Shown here one piece after another: positions 9,054 to 19,677 of a DNA stretch of 64,000 bases (positions within the stretch are counted from its first letter, which is position 1; each line of letters begins with the position of its first letter). The translations under genes and the position numbers were made by a program. Source of the DNA: Candidatus Sumerlaea chitinivorans (GTDB lineage: Bacteria; Sumerlaeota; Sumerlaeia; Sumerlaeales; Sumerlaeaceae); NCBI GenBank assembly GCA_003290465.1, contig CP030759.1, positions 1,988,572 to 2,052,571 on the forward strand, read 5' to 3'. The notes beneath the pieces were generated by a model. It was not told the origin of the DNA and ran no database searches. It worked only from the letters and a program-made list of their open reading frames with translations.

Positions 9054-10805
9054 TTAAGAAGAGCTCAGCTTTTTCGCTTGGTTGCACAGTGGGGAAATCG
9101 CTTTTTCCCTAAGTGAATCCGTTCGAGCACCGGCATTCTTGTGAGGCCCCTCTTCTCGCGCGTGGATGAGTGAGCGCCAGTTGACCAATTTGTGCTTCAA
9201 ATGGCGCAATTGTTCGGAGAGCCATAGGAATTGGCGGAAACCACGTCGCGCTTTGATAAAGGTTAGTTCCTCCTCAAGCGCTCGAACCCGGTCTGCCAAC
9301 CGATGAACCTCTTGGAGATGGGTCTGGTTCAGGGCTTTCAGATCGCCAATCTCACGAGTCCACGCCTTCGCATGCGTTGCAAACCTCTCCAACAAACTGG
9401 GATCGCGCCTGAACTCAGCATTGTTCAACAAATATTCGGCATCCCCGTCCGAGAGCTCAACCGTCGAAGCAAGATGATAAAGCGAGTTCCAAAAACGATA
9501 CTGCTGAAAATCAACGGTCAACGGTAAGCCCCGTTCTTCCCGCATCCGAGATATTCCAAGATTCGGATAAAATGTTAACGCAACTAACTGCAGACCGTAG
9601 GGGCGCGGAATCGAACGCAACAAATGAAACGTCTCTATTCGATCTTCTTCCGACTCAAACGGGTTGTTTGAAATCAAGTCGTAAAACGGTCGAATTCCAG
9701 CCTTGTGGATATTTCGAGTCGCTTCCAAGAGCGTCTTATTCGAAACGCGCCGGTCAAAAATCTCGTTTGCAATTCGGTCGCTACCTGACTGCATACCCAT
9801 GACCACAAACTGCACATTGTTCTGCTTCAGTATCTCGAGCATTTCCGGCTTAGCGTAATTCGGGTGAGTGTAACACCAAAACGGCATCCCAATCCGCTCC
9901 CGATAATGCTCGAAAAACTCCTTCATCCGCTCCGGCCTTACCGTGAATATGTCGTCCTCGATCTCCAAAAAGAAGTGTCCCATCCGCGCTTTCGCCTCCT
10001 CCAACTCCCGCATCACGTGCGGGATTGAGCGAAAGCGCAGGCGCGTCGTGTCCGGCATCACTTCCTTCTGGAACGACAGCATGCAGAACGTGCAAACATA
10101 CGGACACCCACGCGTCGTCATGATCTTGAAACAGCTGTTCAACTGGCTACCAGCAAACGGACGGCTTTCAACCAACTCATCATCTTCGAGGTAGTACACC
10201 CCCTCGTTCCCAAAATACGTAAACGGCAACGTATCCAAGTCCTTGATCACGGGACTCACAGGCTGGCGATGAATACTCCCGTTCTCTCGCCAAACAATGT
10301 TGGGCACCTGCCGCCAGTCCTTCCCATGGTGAAGCGCATGCGCCAATTCCACCATCGGAACATCGCACTCCCCCACAAACGCCATGTCGCAATGCTCCGA
10401 CGAGGAGACCGGGTCCAGCGTCACGTGCGGCCCACCCCAACCAACCAGCGTCCCCGGCAACGTCTCGCGGATCAGTCGCGTCACCTCAATCGCCCTCGGC
10501 ACGAACGCCGAGTAAACACTCAAACCCACAAACTGCGGCCGCAGCTTCCTCAGCAAACCTGTGAACAACTCCCGCTCACATTCCGAAAGTGGACTAGGAT
10601 AGCAAACCACATGCCTTTTTCCCGTTGGCGGAAGTTCAATTTGCCAGTAGGGATACCAGTCTTCGTCGGGGCTTAGGTCTTTTCTGGACAATCTCTTCAA
10701 ACAAAGGAGCCACGCATCGTGCCCTGCATCACGCAGCTCCGAAAGCATCTGGCGGACACCGAGGTTGAATTCGTTGTATAAAGCTACGAATAGAATGCCT
10801 GCCAT
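9054..10805 (-). CDS. Cobalamin-binding radical SAM protein (copy 2, close paralog)
   Basis: Same motifs as copy 1; colinear with it at a 2103-bp offset. Confidence 0.92.
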   Translation of the reverse strand: MAGILFVALYNEFNLGVRQMLSELRDAGHDAWLLCLKRLSRKDLSPDEDWYPYWQIELPPTGKRHVVCYPSPLSECERELFTGLLRKLRPQFVGLSVYSAFVPRAIEVTRLIRETLPGTLVGWGGPHVTLDPVSSSEHCDMAFVGECDVPMVELAHALHHGKDWRQVPNIVWRENGSIHRQPVSPVIKDLDTLPFTYFGNEGVYYLEDDELVESRPFAGSQLNSCFKIMTTRGCPYVCTFCMLSFQKEVMPDTTRLRFRSIPHVMRELEEAKARMGHFFLEIEDDIFTVRPERMKEFFEHYRERIGMPFWCYTHPNYAKPEMLEILKQNNVQFVVMGMQSGSDRIANEIFDRRVSNKTLLEATRNIHKAGIRPFYDLISNNPFESEEDRIETFHLLRSIPRPYGLQLVALTFYPNLGISRMREERGLPLTVDFQQYRFWNSLYHLASTVELSDGDAEYLLNNAEFRRDPSLLERFATHAKAWTREIGDLKALNQTHLQEVHRLADRVRALEEELTFIKARRGFRQFLWLSEQLRHLKHKLVNWRSLIHAREEGPHKNAGARTDSLREKAISPLCNQAKKLSSS

Positions 10806-10936
10806 TTTCTTTACCCCATCAGTTCTTTAAGAGCATCCGTTGTATCGGGCGTTTGCTCATTACAGTCTGGACGAAGCAAAAGCATTCAATGCTGATAGTG
10901 GAACAAACTTAGTACCCTTTGTTGGGGTTCCGCAAC

Positions 10937-10974
10937 AAAAAAGAGGGGCGGAAAGGGTCTTCCCCTTTCCGCCC
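10937..10974 (-). terminator. Intrinsic terminator after the large secreted protein gene
   Basis: Perfect 12-bp stem GGGCGGAAAGGG/CCCTTTCCGCCC with 5-nt loop, followed by a U-tract on the minus strand. Confidence 0.85.
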
Positions 10975-10998
10975 AAAGAAGGCGCTATCGAAGTCCAA

Positions 10999-12876
10999 TC
11001 ATTCAGGCTCACTGGACTCGAACAGCTTCACGGTGTCCACCGTGTACAGCAACGCTTCGTCGTTCTGATCGGTGCCATAGCTCAGCGTGTCAACACCACC
11101 AAAGCCAATCTTGATGTTGCGGCGAGCAATCGGTGTGCTCGGGCTCGTCCACAACGACTGATTGCTCTGGATCTCTGGGTTGACCGGCGAGCTCATCAGC
11201 ACCGTGTACCAGCACCCATTCTCACCCGGGACTTGTTTGTCGGAGTTCTGGTTGCCAACACCGGGCAGATGCTGCGCCGCCAACGCTCGAGCCTCTGTGC
11301 CGGGCAACGCCCGCGCACCACCAACCTCGTACAACACGTTGTACAGGTAGGCGCCGCTACGCAGGAACAGACGCATCTGTGCCTGCGCGTTCGAGTTCCG
11401 CGTGGACGTCACGTGGAAGCGTGCCTGGTACAGCTTGCCACTGGCGACCTGTACGGCCTGACTACCGAGCTCCATGTAGAACTCGATGATACCGATCCGC
11501 TTCGTGGAGCCACTCTGACTGAACGCGGAGTTCGTCGAGTCAATGGTCACACCACTTGCGGACTGACTGTAATCAGGTCGCGTAGCAAAGTCCTGAGCTG
11601 GCACCTGTCCGGGCTGCTCAGAACCCGTGAAGACGACGCTGTAACGGTCAAGTTCACCCGCAGAGCTGAGCGTGATTTGCGAGCCAGTGAACGAGCTTAC
11701 CTCCGTGCCAAGCACCGCTGGATACGTTCCAACGACCAGTTCGGTCAAGGCAACGTAACCATTAGCGGCTGGGTCGTTCGCCGACGAATAGGCAGCGAAG
11801 TACGCCAAGATGCCTTCGCTCGACGGATTGTTCACGTTCTGCGGAACTTCCGGCGGATCGAAGTCAACCCGGTACACCGACGGAGCAGCCGGGTTGTTGC
11901 TCGGCGCGATCTGTGCACCAAGTGACTCGAAGTCACTCTGTCCCGGCACATGGCTCCACACCTCCAGGGTGCTTGCAATCACGAAGCGCTGCATGAGGCG
12001 CATGCGGATTGCGGGCATGACATTCGCCTGGGCCGGCGACTGGCCGGTCCGGTACACGTAGAACTTGCCGCGTACCCAGTTGTTGGAACCAACTGCGCCG
12101 TACGAGACGATCGGAGCGCCACTCGTGTACCAGCTTGCGATGCGGTAGTAACCTGTCGCTGCGGTGTTCACACGGCTCCGAATCGCGCCATTAGCGCTGT
12201 CATAGTCGTTCAACGAGCCAGTACCGACAGTCGTATCTGTCGTCCACGCGGTCGGGCTCACACTGAACGGCTCGTCATACACTTGCGTGAACTGCGAGCC
12301 GCCGCTCAGCGCGTCGTACTGGTTGTCGCGCGTGGCAACGAGGATGGACTTTGAGGCTACGTTCGTGCCGTCAGAGACGTAGAAGGTGACGACTTTGCCG
12401 GCAGCGTGGTCGGACTTATCAGGTCCGGTTGGCGCAGGGAATTGCTGCGCAGGACCCGAACCCGGAGAGAAGATGATGTCGCGGAAGCTTGCAAACTGGC
12501 TGACGGAACGCAGCTCGTTCGCAGGCGCCGGCGGATTGTGGCCGGTGTTTCCGCTGGTGGCAATTTCAGACGATCCAAGGTGAACCGCCTGCTTGCCATT
12601 GATCGTGAACCAGCGCTGGTTCGGAGCCACCGCGTCATCACCCTCGTCGAAGCTCCATTGGAGCGACGCCTTCGGGGTGTCCAAATCCGACACAAAATTG
12701 TCGAAATTGAACGCATTCGTGAACACGAAGAAGTTGTTGTCCGTGCCCACGTTATCCTCCGCGTCACCAATGATGACGTCGGGGATATTGCTGATGACAG
12801 GGGCGGCCGCGAACGCATTCGCGCCGACAAAGGTCACACTTGTCAGTAAAAGGCCTGCAAGGAGTCCTTTCTTCAT
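10999..12876 (-). CDS. Large secreted protein, S-layer/major surface protein candidate
   Basis: Signal peptide MKKGLLAG...ANAFA; rich in S/T/G/A/N/V; strongly C/G-ending codons; own strong terminator. Confidence 0.75.
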   Translation of the reverse strand: MKKGLLAGLLLTSVTFVGANAFAAAPVISNIPDVIIGDAEDNVGTDNNFFVFTNAFNFDNFVSDLDTPKASLQWSFDEGDDAVAPNQRWFTINGKQAVHLGSSEIATSGNTGHNPPAPANELRSVSQFASFRDIIFSPGSGPAQQFPAPTGPDKSDHAAGKVVTFYVSDGTNVASKSILVATRDNQYDALSGGSQFTQVYDEPFSVSPTAWTTDTTVGTGSLNDYDSANGAIRSRVNTAATGYYRIASWYTSGAPIVSYGAVGSNNWVRGKFYVYRTGQSPAQANVMPAIRMRLMQRFVIASTLEVWSHVPGQSDFESLGAQIAPSNNPAAPSVYRVDFDPPEVPQNVNNPSSEGILAYFAAYSSANDPAANGYVALTELVVGTYPAVLGTEVSSFTGSQITLSSAGELDRYSVVFTGSEQPGQVPAQDFATRPDYSQSASGVTIDSTNSAFSQSGSTKRIGIIEFYMELGSQAVQVASGKLYQARFHVTSTRNSNAQAQMRLFLRSGAYLYNVLYEVGGARALPGTEARALAAQHLPGVGNQNSDKQVPGENGCWYTVLMSSPVNPEIQSNQSLWTSPSTPIARRNIKIGFGGVDTLSYGTDQNDEALLYTVDTVKLFESSEPE

Positions 12877-14342
12877 TAGAACTTCAACCCTCCCTTCTCT
12901 TTCGATAATGGGCGCCGGGTCATTTGGCGACCCGACTTACTACTTCATTATGCATTTCTCTGACGGGTTGACGTCCTCCTTAAGAATCCTTGCAATTTTA
13001 GAGATGACACTGGAACCGCCTGCCACTTAACTTACGCACGAGCTCTCAACATCATTCATCATCATTTCTGCAGTTCCATAGCTTTGGCAGAAACCACTTC
13101 CAGCGTTCAACTCCATTCCTATGTAGTAGTGGCTGCGGGCGTCAACAAAAAAATGCATCCCGGAGACATTTCATTTTGGTGTCACTTTTTCCGAGTATCC
13201 GCCTTTCGCAGAAAGGTTTGTCTCCCCTCTCCCATCACCGTCGGACCACATCTCTCTCTGCGGGCTCTAAGAAGGCATCAGGGGCAGAAGTTGTTTTTGC
13301 GATGCTGCAAGGGATCCACGCGTTCCTATCGTAACTTAAGGTTCCCCCTATTGACACAGAACCTTGCAGGGAAAGAACTTCCCAATCGGGCGAATATCCA
13401 TCTACACTCCGCTAATGAAGTCACTCGGGACAACTTCAGGCAGGATAATTACCCCGAGGTTTGGAAAAATCCGCGGGACCGAGACTTGCAGCGTTCTGTA
13501 GCAACCCTGCAATTCTATCCTGAGCCGTGGAATCCACGGGGGGAGGGCCTTATACGGGCATCAATGCCTGCATCCACACCCAAAAGCCTACTTGCGAGCT
13601 CCGCACTACGCTAAACAGGCACATAGGCAGACAGTAGCCATCTCAAATGCTGGGATTCCGCTTCTGGAACGCAACTTTGGCGTAGCTCTTGCCAAACCAA
13701 ATAAATGAGAAGACCACGTACTCTCCTTGCGAACCTATCCAAATCTCCCATCCTCTCCCCACGTTTGTGCGCGACTCGTCTCGAAACCTTTGCTGCGCCC
13801 GCATTTCTCCTACTACCGGCGTACCCCATGACTCGTCTGGTCTCGCTAATCGCCCATCGGAAGACGCGGAAAGGTGCCCACTTTACTCGTCCCCCCGGTC
13901 CATCCGTATTCCTGATGCTTCCAGATTCTTAATCAACTCCTGTACAAATGAGTTTGGGTCTCCAAAAATGCGAAAGGCGAATGGGCACCGAGCTTCATCA
14001 GTCCTATGCTTGACACTTACCGATGATTCCTTTCTCTGCGTTAAGCCATCCTGTCATTTTGCAATATTGATAACAATTTGTCACCCCAACATCATTGCAG
14101 CTTCCAGTATACTGTTTCTTGCATGGTTCACCGGTCGATGCATACGTCGAGCGAGTGAGACCCCCAATTTAGCCCGTCAGGCCAACGCCCCTTGTTCCGC
14201 AAACCGAAGCTTGCCTTTTCCGGATCGAATAGAATACTTTTCCGGTGTGGAATGCACTAAATGTTAGCAGTGCAGCAGGTGCCCCGCCGGCTGTCCGGCG
14301 TCACGAAGAGCGCCGCTTGATTGACGGAGAACGAAGGATTTC

Positions 14343-16280
14343 ATGAACGGTTTGAGATCTGCATCCCTTTGGATTATCATCTTTCTCGTCTTCATTTTGA
14401 TGTTCATCCAATTTAGCGAGAAAGAACCGCCCAAAAAGCTTGATGCAACAAAGGTCATTGAACTTGCCAAGCAGAAGAAACTCATCGAGGTTGTGGACAA
14501 AGGGGGGAAGCTGGTTGGCCAATACCGCGAGGCTGGCGACGCGAAGGTCAACTTTACAAGCCAATACCTGCCGGGTCAGGAGTCGTTTATTCTGCAGGTG
14601 ATGACGGAGAATAACGTCCGCTACGTCGCAGACCCGACCTCTCCGTTCCTCTCGCAGTTTTTCTTCTCTCTGCTGCTGCCCTTCGCGGTGATCATGGGTT
14701 TGTGGTATATCATCATGCGACAGATTCAGGGCAGTGGCAATAAAGCCCTGAGTTTCGGTAAGAGCCGAGCCAAGCTGATCACGGAGGGGCAAACAAAAGT
14801 CACGTTCGAAGACGTGGCGGGCGTGGACGAAGCAAAAGAGGAGCTCAAAGAAATCGTCGAGTTTCTTAAGGATCCGCAAAAGTTCTCGCGCCTCGGCGGC
14901 AAAATTCCAAAGGGGGTCCTATTGGTTGGCCCGCCCGGTACGGGAAAGACCCTTCTCGCGAAAGCGGTGGCTGGTGAAGCCAACGTGCCCTTCTTTGCGA
15001 TTTCTGGCTCCGACTTCGTCGAGATGTTCGTCGGCGTGGGTGCCAGCCGCGTTCGCGACCTTTTCGAGCAGGCCAAGAAGCACAAGCCATGCCTCGTCTT
15101 CATTGACGAGATTGACGCGGTGGGGCGTCACCGCTTTGCCGGGATCGGAGGGGGGCACGACGAGCGCGAGCAGACCCTCAACCAATTGCTCGTCGAGATG
15201 GATGGCTTCAACTCGAACGAAGGCATCATTCTCATCGCGGCGACAAACCGTCCGGACGTGCTCGATCCAGCGCTTCTGCGGCCGGGCCGCTTTGACCGAC
15301 AGATTACCGTGGACTACCCCGACTTAGTGGGTCGCGAGAAGATCCTCAAAGTTCACGCTCGCAACGTCAAGCTGGCCAAGGACGTGGACCTTAGCAAAAT
15401 CGCCAAAGCGACGCCGGGCTTCTCGGGCGCGGACCTTGCCAACATCATTAACGAAGCCGCCCTCCTTGCAGCGCGCCGCAATAAACAAGAAATCACCATG
15501 GCGGAACTTGAAGAGGCAAAAGATCGGGTCATGCTCGGCCCCGAGCGCCGTAGTCTCGTGCTGACGGAAAATGAGAAGCGGCTGACGGCCTACCACGAAG
15601 CAGGGCACGCAGTGGCCGGCAAGCTCGTCCAAACGGATGAGGAGGTGCATAAGGTCACCATCATCCCGCGCGGCCGCGCGCTTGGCATCACGAGCTTTCT
15701 GCCGGGCGAAGAACGTTTCACCCAATTCAAGAGCAAGCTCAAGGATCGTCTTGTTTACATGCTGGGGGGGCGTGCCGCTGAGGAACTTATTTTCGGAGAC
15801 TTTACCACCGGTGCTGGCAATGACTTACAACGCGTTACCCAGATTGCGCGCCGCATGGTTTGCGAGTTTGGGATGAGCGAGGTGCTCGGACCCCGCACCT
15901 TTGGCGAGGGGCATGCACCGATTTTCCTCGGTCGCGACTACGGCATGATGGAGCGCGACTACAGCGAAGCTACGGCAAGCTTGATTGACCAAGAGATCAA
16001 GCGCATCGTGGACGAAGCCTATGCGCGAGCAAAGGATTTGCTGACCCAGCACAAAGACGCGCTCATTCGGGTTGCGGAGGCACTCATCGAGCGCGAAACG
16101 ATTGATGGCACTGAGCTGGAAATGCTTTTGCGCGGTGAGCCCCTCCCACCACGCACGCCCCCAGAGGACACACCACCTGCACCCGCCGAAACTCAAAATG
16201 AGACAGCAGAAGCCAAAGCGCGGGAGCGGCGGATTTTCGGGCAATCCATTCTTGATCGGCCAAGCGAAGCGCCAAGCTGA
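14343..16280 (+). CDS. ftsH: ATP-dependent zinc metalloprotease FtsH
   Basis: Two TM segments, [42 protein letters not shown]. Confidence 0.98.
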   Translation: MNGLRSASLWIIIFLVFILMFIQFSEKEPPKKLDATKVIELAKQKKLIEVVDKGGKLVGQYREAGDAKVNFTSQYLPGQESFILQVMTENNVRYVADPTSPFLSQFFFSLLLPFAVIMGLWYIIMRQIQGSGNKALSFGKSRAKLITEGQTKVTFEDVAGVDEAKEELKEIVEFLKDPQKFSRLGGKIPKGVLLVGPPGTGKTLLAKAVAGEANVPFFAISGSDFVEMFVGVGASRVRDLFEQAKKHKPCLVFIDEIDAVGRHRFAGIGGGHDEREQTLNQLLVEMDGFNSNEGIILIAATNRPDVLDPALLRPGRFDRQITVDYPDLVGREKILKVHARNVKLAKDVDLSKIAKATPGFSGADLANIINEAALLAARRNKQEITMAELEEAKDRVMLGPERRSLVLTENEKRLTAYHEAGHAVAGKLVQTDEEVHKVTIIPRGRALGITSFLPGEERFTQFKSKLKDRLVYMLGGRAAEELIFGDFTTGAGNDLQRVTQIARRMVCEFGMSEVLGPRTFGEGHAPIFLGRDYGMMERDYSEATASLIDQEIKRIVDEAYARAKDLLTQHKDALIRVAEALIERETIDGTELEMLLRGEPLPPRTPPEDTPPAPAETQNETAEAKARERRIFGQSILDRPSEAPS

Positions 16281-16674
16281 GATCAAACTAAGGATTTGGC
16301 CGGGAGTGGCAAATTCGCACGCAATGCCCGGAGAGTTCGGTCTCGCGTTCCAAGTCTGAGATGTGCCCTCGCGCAGCTCATCGCTCCGGGGTAATAAACT
16401 CCCAAACCAACTCGCGCTCTCTTTTGCAAACCCTAGTCCAAAATCACACACTGTTTGCCTCAGCGAACAACGGCGTGAGTTGGATCAAACGCGTAACGGC
16501 GCCGCTTAGGCTTGGCCACGAATCGCCTGACAATCAGTCATGAGGAAGGACAACAGAAGCTCACGCAACCTCTAAACCACAAGCCTCCGAGGCTGCAAAG
16601 GCGCGCTGCTGGGAATCCGACCCGCCAAAACGCTTGCGGCGCACCTACGCATTGCGCCCTCCCAACCGGTTCCC

Positions 16675-18231
16675 TTAGTCGACGCGGTAATGAGCTCCGT
16701 AGGACTTACGGTTTTCTAACGCCGCAAAGAGCACAGCGAGCGCCGCTTGTGCTCCGTTTCGCAGTCCGATAATGTCATCGGAGAGCCGTGCACGCTCATA
16801 GAAGTACTCGATCTCCACCTGCAATTCCCGAAGGATGCTGCGGGCTCGCTTCATGCGTTTCGTGGTGCGGATGAGGCCCACGTAGTTCCACATCGTGTAC
16901 TTGATCGTCAGCCAATCCTGAAAGATGAGGGCTGGGTCGACGGGCTCGTTTTCGTATCGCCAAGGTTCGATCTCGGGGAAGAAGTAGTTCTCACGGCCGT
17001 TTTGCTGAATTTCCTCCGCAATGGATTTCGCAGCCTCAATCCCCCACACCAACCCCTCAAGCAGCGAGGTGCTGGCAAGGCGATTCGCGCCATGGACTCC
17101 GGTGCAGGAGACTTCTCCGACCGCCCGGAGGCGCCGGATCGACGAGCGCCCTTGGAGGTCCACCGCTACACCGCCGCACGAGTAATGCGCCGCAGGCACC
17201 ACCGGGATTGGCTCCTTTGTCATGTCGATCCCCACGCTCAGGCATTTGGCGTAAATGTTGGGGAAACGCCGTCGAATCCAGTCGGGGTCCTTTTGTGTGA
17301 TGTCGAGATAGACGCACGGTTCCTGATGCTCGAGCATGACCGTGTGAATGGCGCGAGCCACCACATCACGCGGTGCCAGCGAGCCGAGGGGATGAAACCT
17401 CTCCATGAAGGATTCGCCATTGCGACGGATCAACACGCCTCCCTCGCCGCGTACCGATTCACTGATTAGGAAGCGCTCGTCGCCGTGATAAAGCGCCGTC
17501 GGATGGAACTGGACGTACTCAAGATTGAGCAGACGGGCTCCGGCACGATAGGCCATCGCGATTCCATCGCCACGCGCTCCCTTAGGATTCGTCGTGTGCA
17601 GGAAAAGCTGCCCCAAGCCACCCGTCGCAAGGATGGTCTCTCGGGCGAGGAGCGTTTCGACCACTCCCTTATCCTGCAAGAACACGTAGGCGCCTACGCA
17701 AGTCGGCGGATGGTAACAATCGGAAGGGTTCGTGGAGTGGTGCGAAAGCGTGAGGAGGTCAATCGCCGTTGCGTTTGGAATAACAGTGATGTTCGGCTTA
17801 CTCAGCACTGCCTCGACCAACCGTTCCTCAATGGCGCGTCCGGTGAGGTCGGCCACGTGGATAATGCGGCGTACCGAGTGCGCCCCCTCCTCGGTGATGT
17901 CCAGCATGTCATTCGGTCCACGGTCGAATGCCACACCGAGTTTTTCAATCAGGAAGCTTTCGACGTAATGTGGACCGAGGCGAGCAAGTTGCCGGATTGC
18001 CTCGCGATTGCCGATGCCAGCCCCAGCCCGAAGAATGTCTTCTTCAAGAAGCTCAGGCGAATCACCTTCGCCCTTATAAATAATGCCGCCCTGAGCCCAC
18101 GACGTTGCCGTGCACTCTGCCAGCGAAGGCGCCTTGGTGACGAGCGCCACCTCCAAGCCACCTTCAGCGGCCGTGAGGGCAGCAGCGCATCCTGCTATTC
18201 CCGAGCCCAAAACGAGCACATCAACTATCAT
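16675..18231 (-). CDS. nadB: L-aspartate oxidase
   Basis: GSGIAG, WAQGGI, EGAHSVRRI, QFHPT, SESVRGEG, HGANRLASTSL. Confidence 0.95.
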   Translation of the reverse strand: MIVDVLVLGSGIAGCAAALTAAEGGLEVALVTKAPSLAECTATSWAQGGIIYKGEGDSPELLEEDILRAGAGIGNREAIRQLARLGPHYVESFLIEKLGVAFDRGPNDMLDITEEGAHSVRRIIHVADLTGRAIEERLVEAVLSKPNITVIPNATAIDLLTLSHHSTNPSDCYHPPTCVGAYVFLQDKGVVETLLARETILATGGLGQLFLHTTNPKGARGDGIAMAYRAGARLLNLEYVQFHPTALYHGDERFLISESVRGEGGVLIRRNGESFMERFHPLGSLAPRDVVARAIHTVMLEHQEPCVYLDITQKDPDWIRRRFPNIYAKCLSVGIDMTKEPIPVVPAAHYSCGGVAVDLQGRSSIRRLRAVGEVSCTGVHGANRLASTSLLEGLVWGIEAAKSIAEEIQQNGRENYFFPEIEPWRYENEPVDPALIFQDWLTIKYTMWNYVGLIRTTKRMKRARSILRELQVEIEYFYERARLSDDIIGLRNGAQAALAVLFAALENRKSYGAHYRVD

Positions 18232-18388
18232 GCGTGAAATTTCCTAAGAACTGGTTTTTGTATTCACCCACACGTGGTCACGTAACAAGGATTGGCGCCT
18301 CTTGCATGCATCTGCTTGCCGGGAAGCGCCACCGAGAAGCACGGCACTTCGCATTTCGCGACTAACGCGCACGCCTACTCACTTGGTG

Positions 18389-18640
18389 TCACTTAGTCAC
18401 TGTGATTTCAGCCTCTGATTTTGCCGGCTTGGTCGCGAAAGCGCCCTTTGCAGAGGGTTTTTCGTAGTAGGGTCCACCGGGTGGGAGCTCATATTCGCGC
18501 CGTAACTCTGGGCAAGCCCGTTGGGCTGGGGTCTTGAACGTGTGTTGCCACACGGCATTTTCCCGGATACATCCGCGGCAGCCCGAAAACATGGCGATGA
18601 GAGCCACGAGCCCCACCATCGTGATCAAGCGTTTGCGCAT
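18389..18640 (-). CDS. Small lipoprotein
   Basis: MRKR, hydrophobic stretch, lipobox FSGC; GAGGAG ribosome-binding site. Confidence 0.7.
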   Translation of the reverse strand: MRKRLITMVGLVALIAMFSGCRGCIRENAVWQHTFKTPAQRACPELRREYELPPGGPYYEKPSAKGAFATKPAKSEAEITVTK

Positions 18641-18732
18641 TGCTTATCTCCTCGAACCTCGCTGCTCACATTCGTCCGCAGACAAGGAATTGTCGTCAAA
18701 TAAAAAGCCTTTGTTTCCGCAGGTCGCGATTG

Positions 18733-19677
18733 TTACCGTCCGCTTTTTCGCGTCAAATGTGGTAGCTCGATCCGCGGGAATCGGGTTTGCTCGCGAAGTT
18801 GCAAGCATCGCTTCTCGATTTCCGAAGGCCGAAGCGCAGCCAAGCGGTTGAGCGAGAAGTCCTCGACCGTGAAGCTGGCCATGGCGGTTCCCACAATGAC
18901 GGCTTTGCGGAAGGTGCTTTCGTCCAAACGGCGTGCGCCTGCCAAATAGCCTAAGAAGCCACCCGCAAAGGTGTCGCCCGCGCCGGTGGGGTCCTTGATC
19001 ACTTCAAGGGGGAAGGCCGGGGCAGAGAAATACGAGCCGTTGCTAAACATTAGGCAGCCGTGCTCCCCCTTCTTGATAATTACTCGTTGCGGTCCGAGCT
19101 TCAGGATCTGACGTGCGGCGTTTTGCAGATTCGGCGTATCGCATAATTGGCGCGCCTCGGCGTCGTTGAGGAGCACCACGTGGCATCGGCGGATGACCTT
19201 TAGTAGCTGCTCCTGTTTACCTTCGATCCAGTAGTTCATGGTGTCCACAAGCGCAAGTCGTGGCTCGACAAGTTGCTCAAGGACTTCCAGCTGAAGATCC
19301 GGGTCAATGTTGCCAAGCAAGACGAAGGGATTCTTGCGCAGGGCGTCGGGGATCACGGGGTGAAAATCGGCAAAGACGTTGAGGCGCGTCTCCAACGTGT
19401 GCGCTTGATTCATGTCATACTGGTAGTATCCGCGCCAACGGAACGTTTTTCCATCGGGCTTCGTCTGCAAGCCAGAGAGGTCGATTCGGTGCCGCTCCAG
19501 AAGCCGCCGATACTCTGCGGGGAAATCACCACCTACTACAGCAACAATTGCCGGGCGCGCAAAATATGACGCCGAAACCGACGCGTAGGCGCAACTCCCA
19601 CCTAACGCCTCCACCACTTCGCCAAAAGGAGTGCGTACGTTATCGAGCGCCACACTCCCTACAATCACCAAACTCAT
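18733..19677 (-). CDS. PfkB-family carbohydrate/nucleoside kinase
   Basis: N-terminal GGS and DPTGAGDTFAGG PfkB signature. Confidence 0.93.
   Translation of the reverse strand: MSLVIVGSVALDNVRTPFGEVVEALGGSCAYASVSASYFARPAIVAVVGGDFPAEYRRLLERHRIDLSGLQTKPDGKTFRWRGYYQYDMNQAHTLETRLNVFADFHPVIPDALRKNPFVLLGNIDPDLQLEVLEQLVEPRLALVDTMNYWIEGKQEQLLKVIRRCHVVLLNDAEARQLCDTPNLQNAARQILKLGPQRVIIKKGEHGCLMFSNGSYFSAPAFPLEVIKDPTGAGDTFAGGFLGYLAGARRLDESTFRKAVIVGTAMASFTVEDFSLNRLAALRPSEIEKRCLQLREQTRFPRIELPHLTRKSGR

Noticed and set aside
6966..10805. Diversity-generating retroelement TR/VR pair as an explanation of the repeat
   Set aside because: The repeat spans whole genes, differences are not adenine-specific, and no reverse transcriptase is present.
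10840..11925. 361-aa plus-strand ORF
   Set aside because: Antisense shadow of the strongly codon-biased 625-aa gene; no protein-like features.
13084..14267. ORFs 13084-13614 and 13689-14267
   Set aside because: Atypical composition, TTG starts without ribosome-binding sites, no motifs; treated as non-coding.
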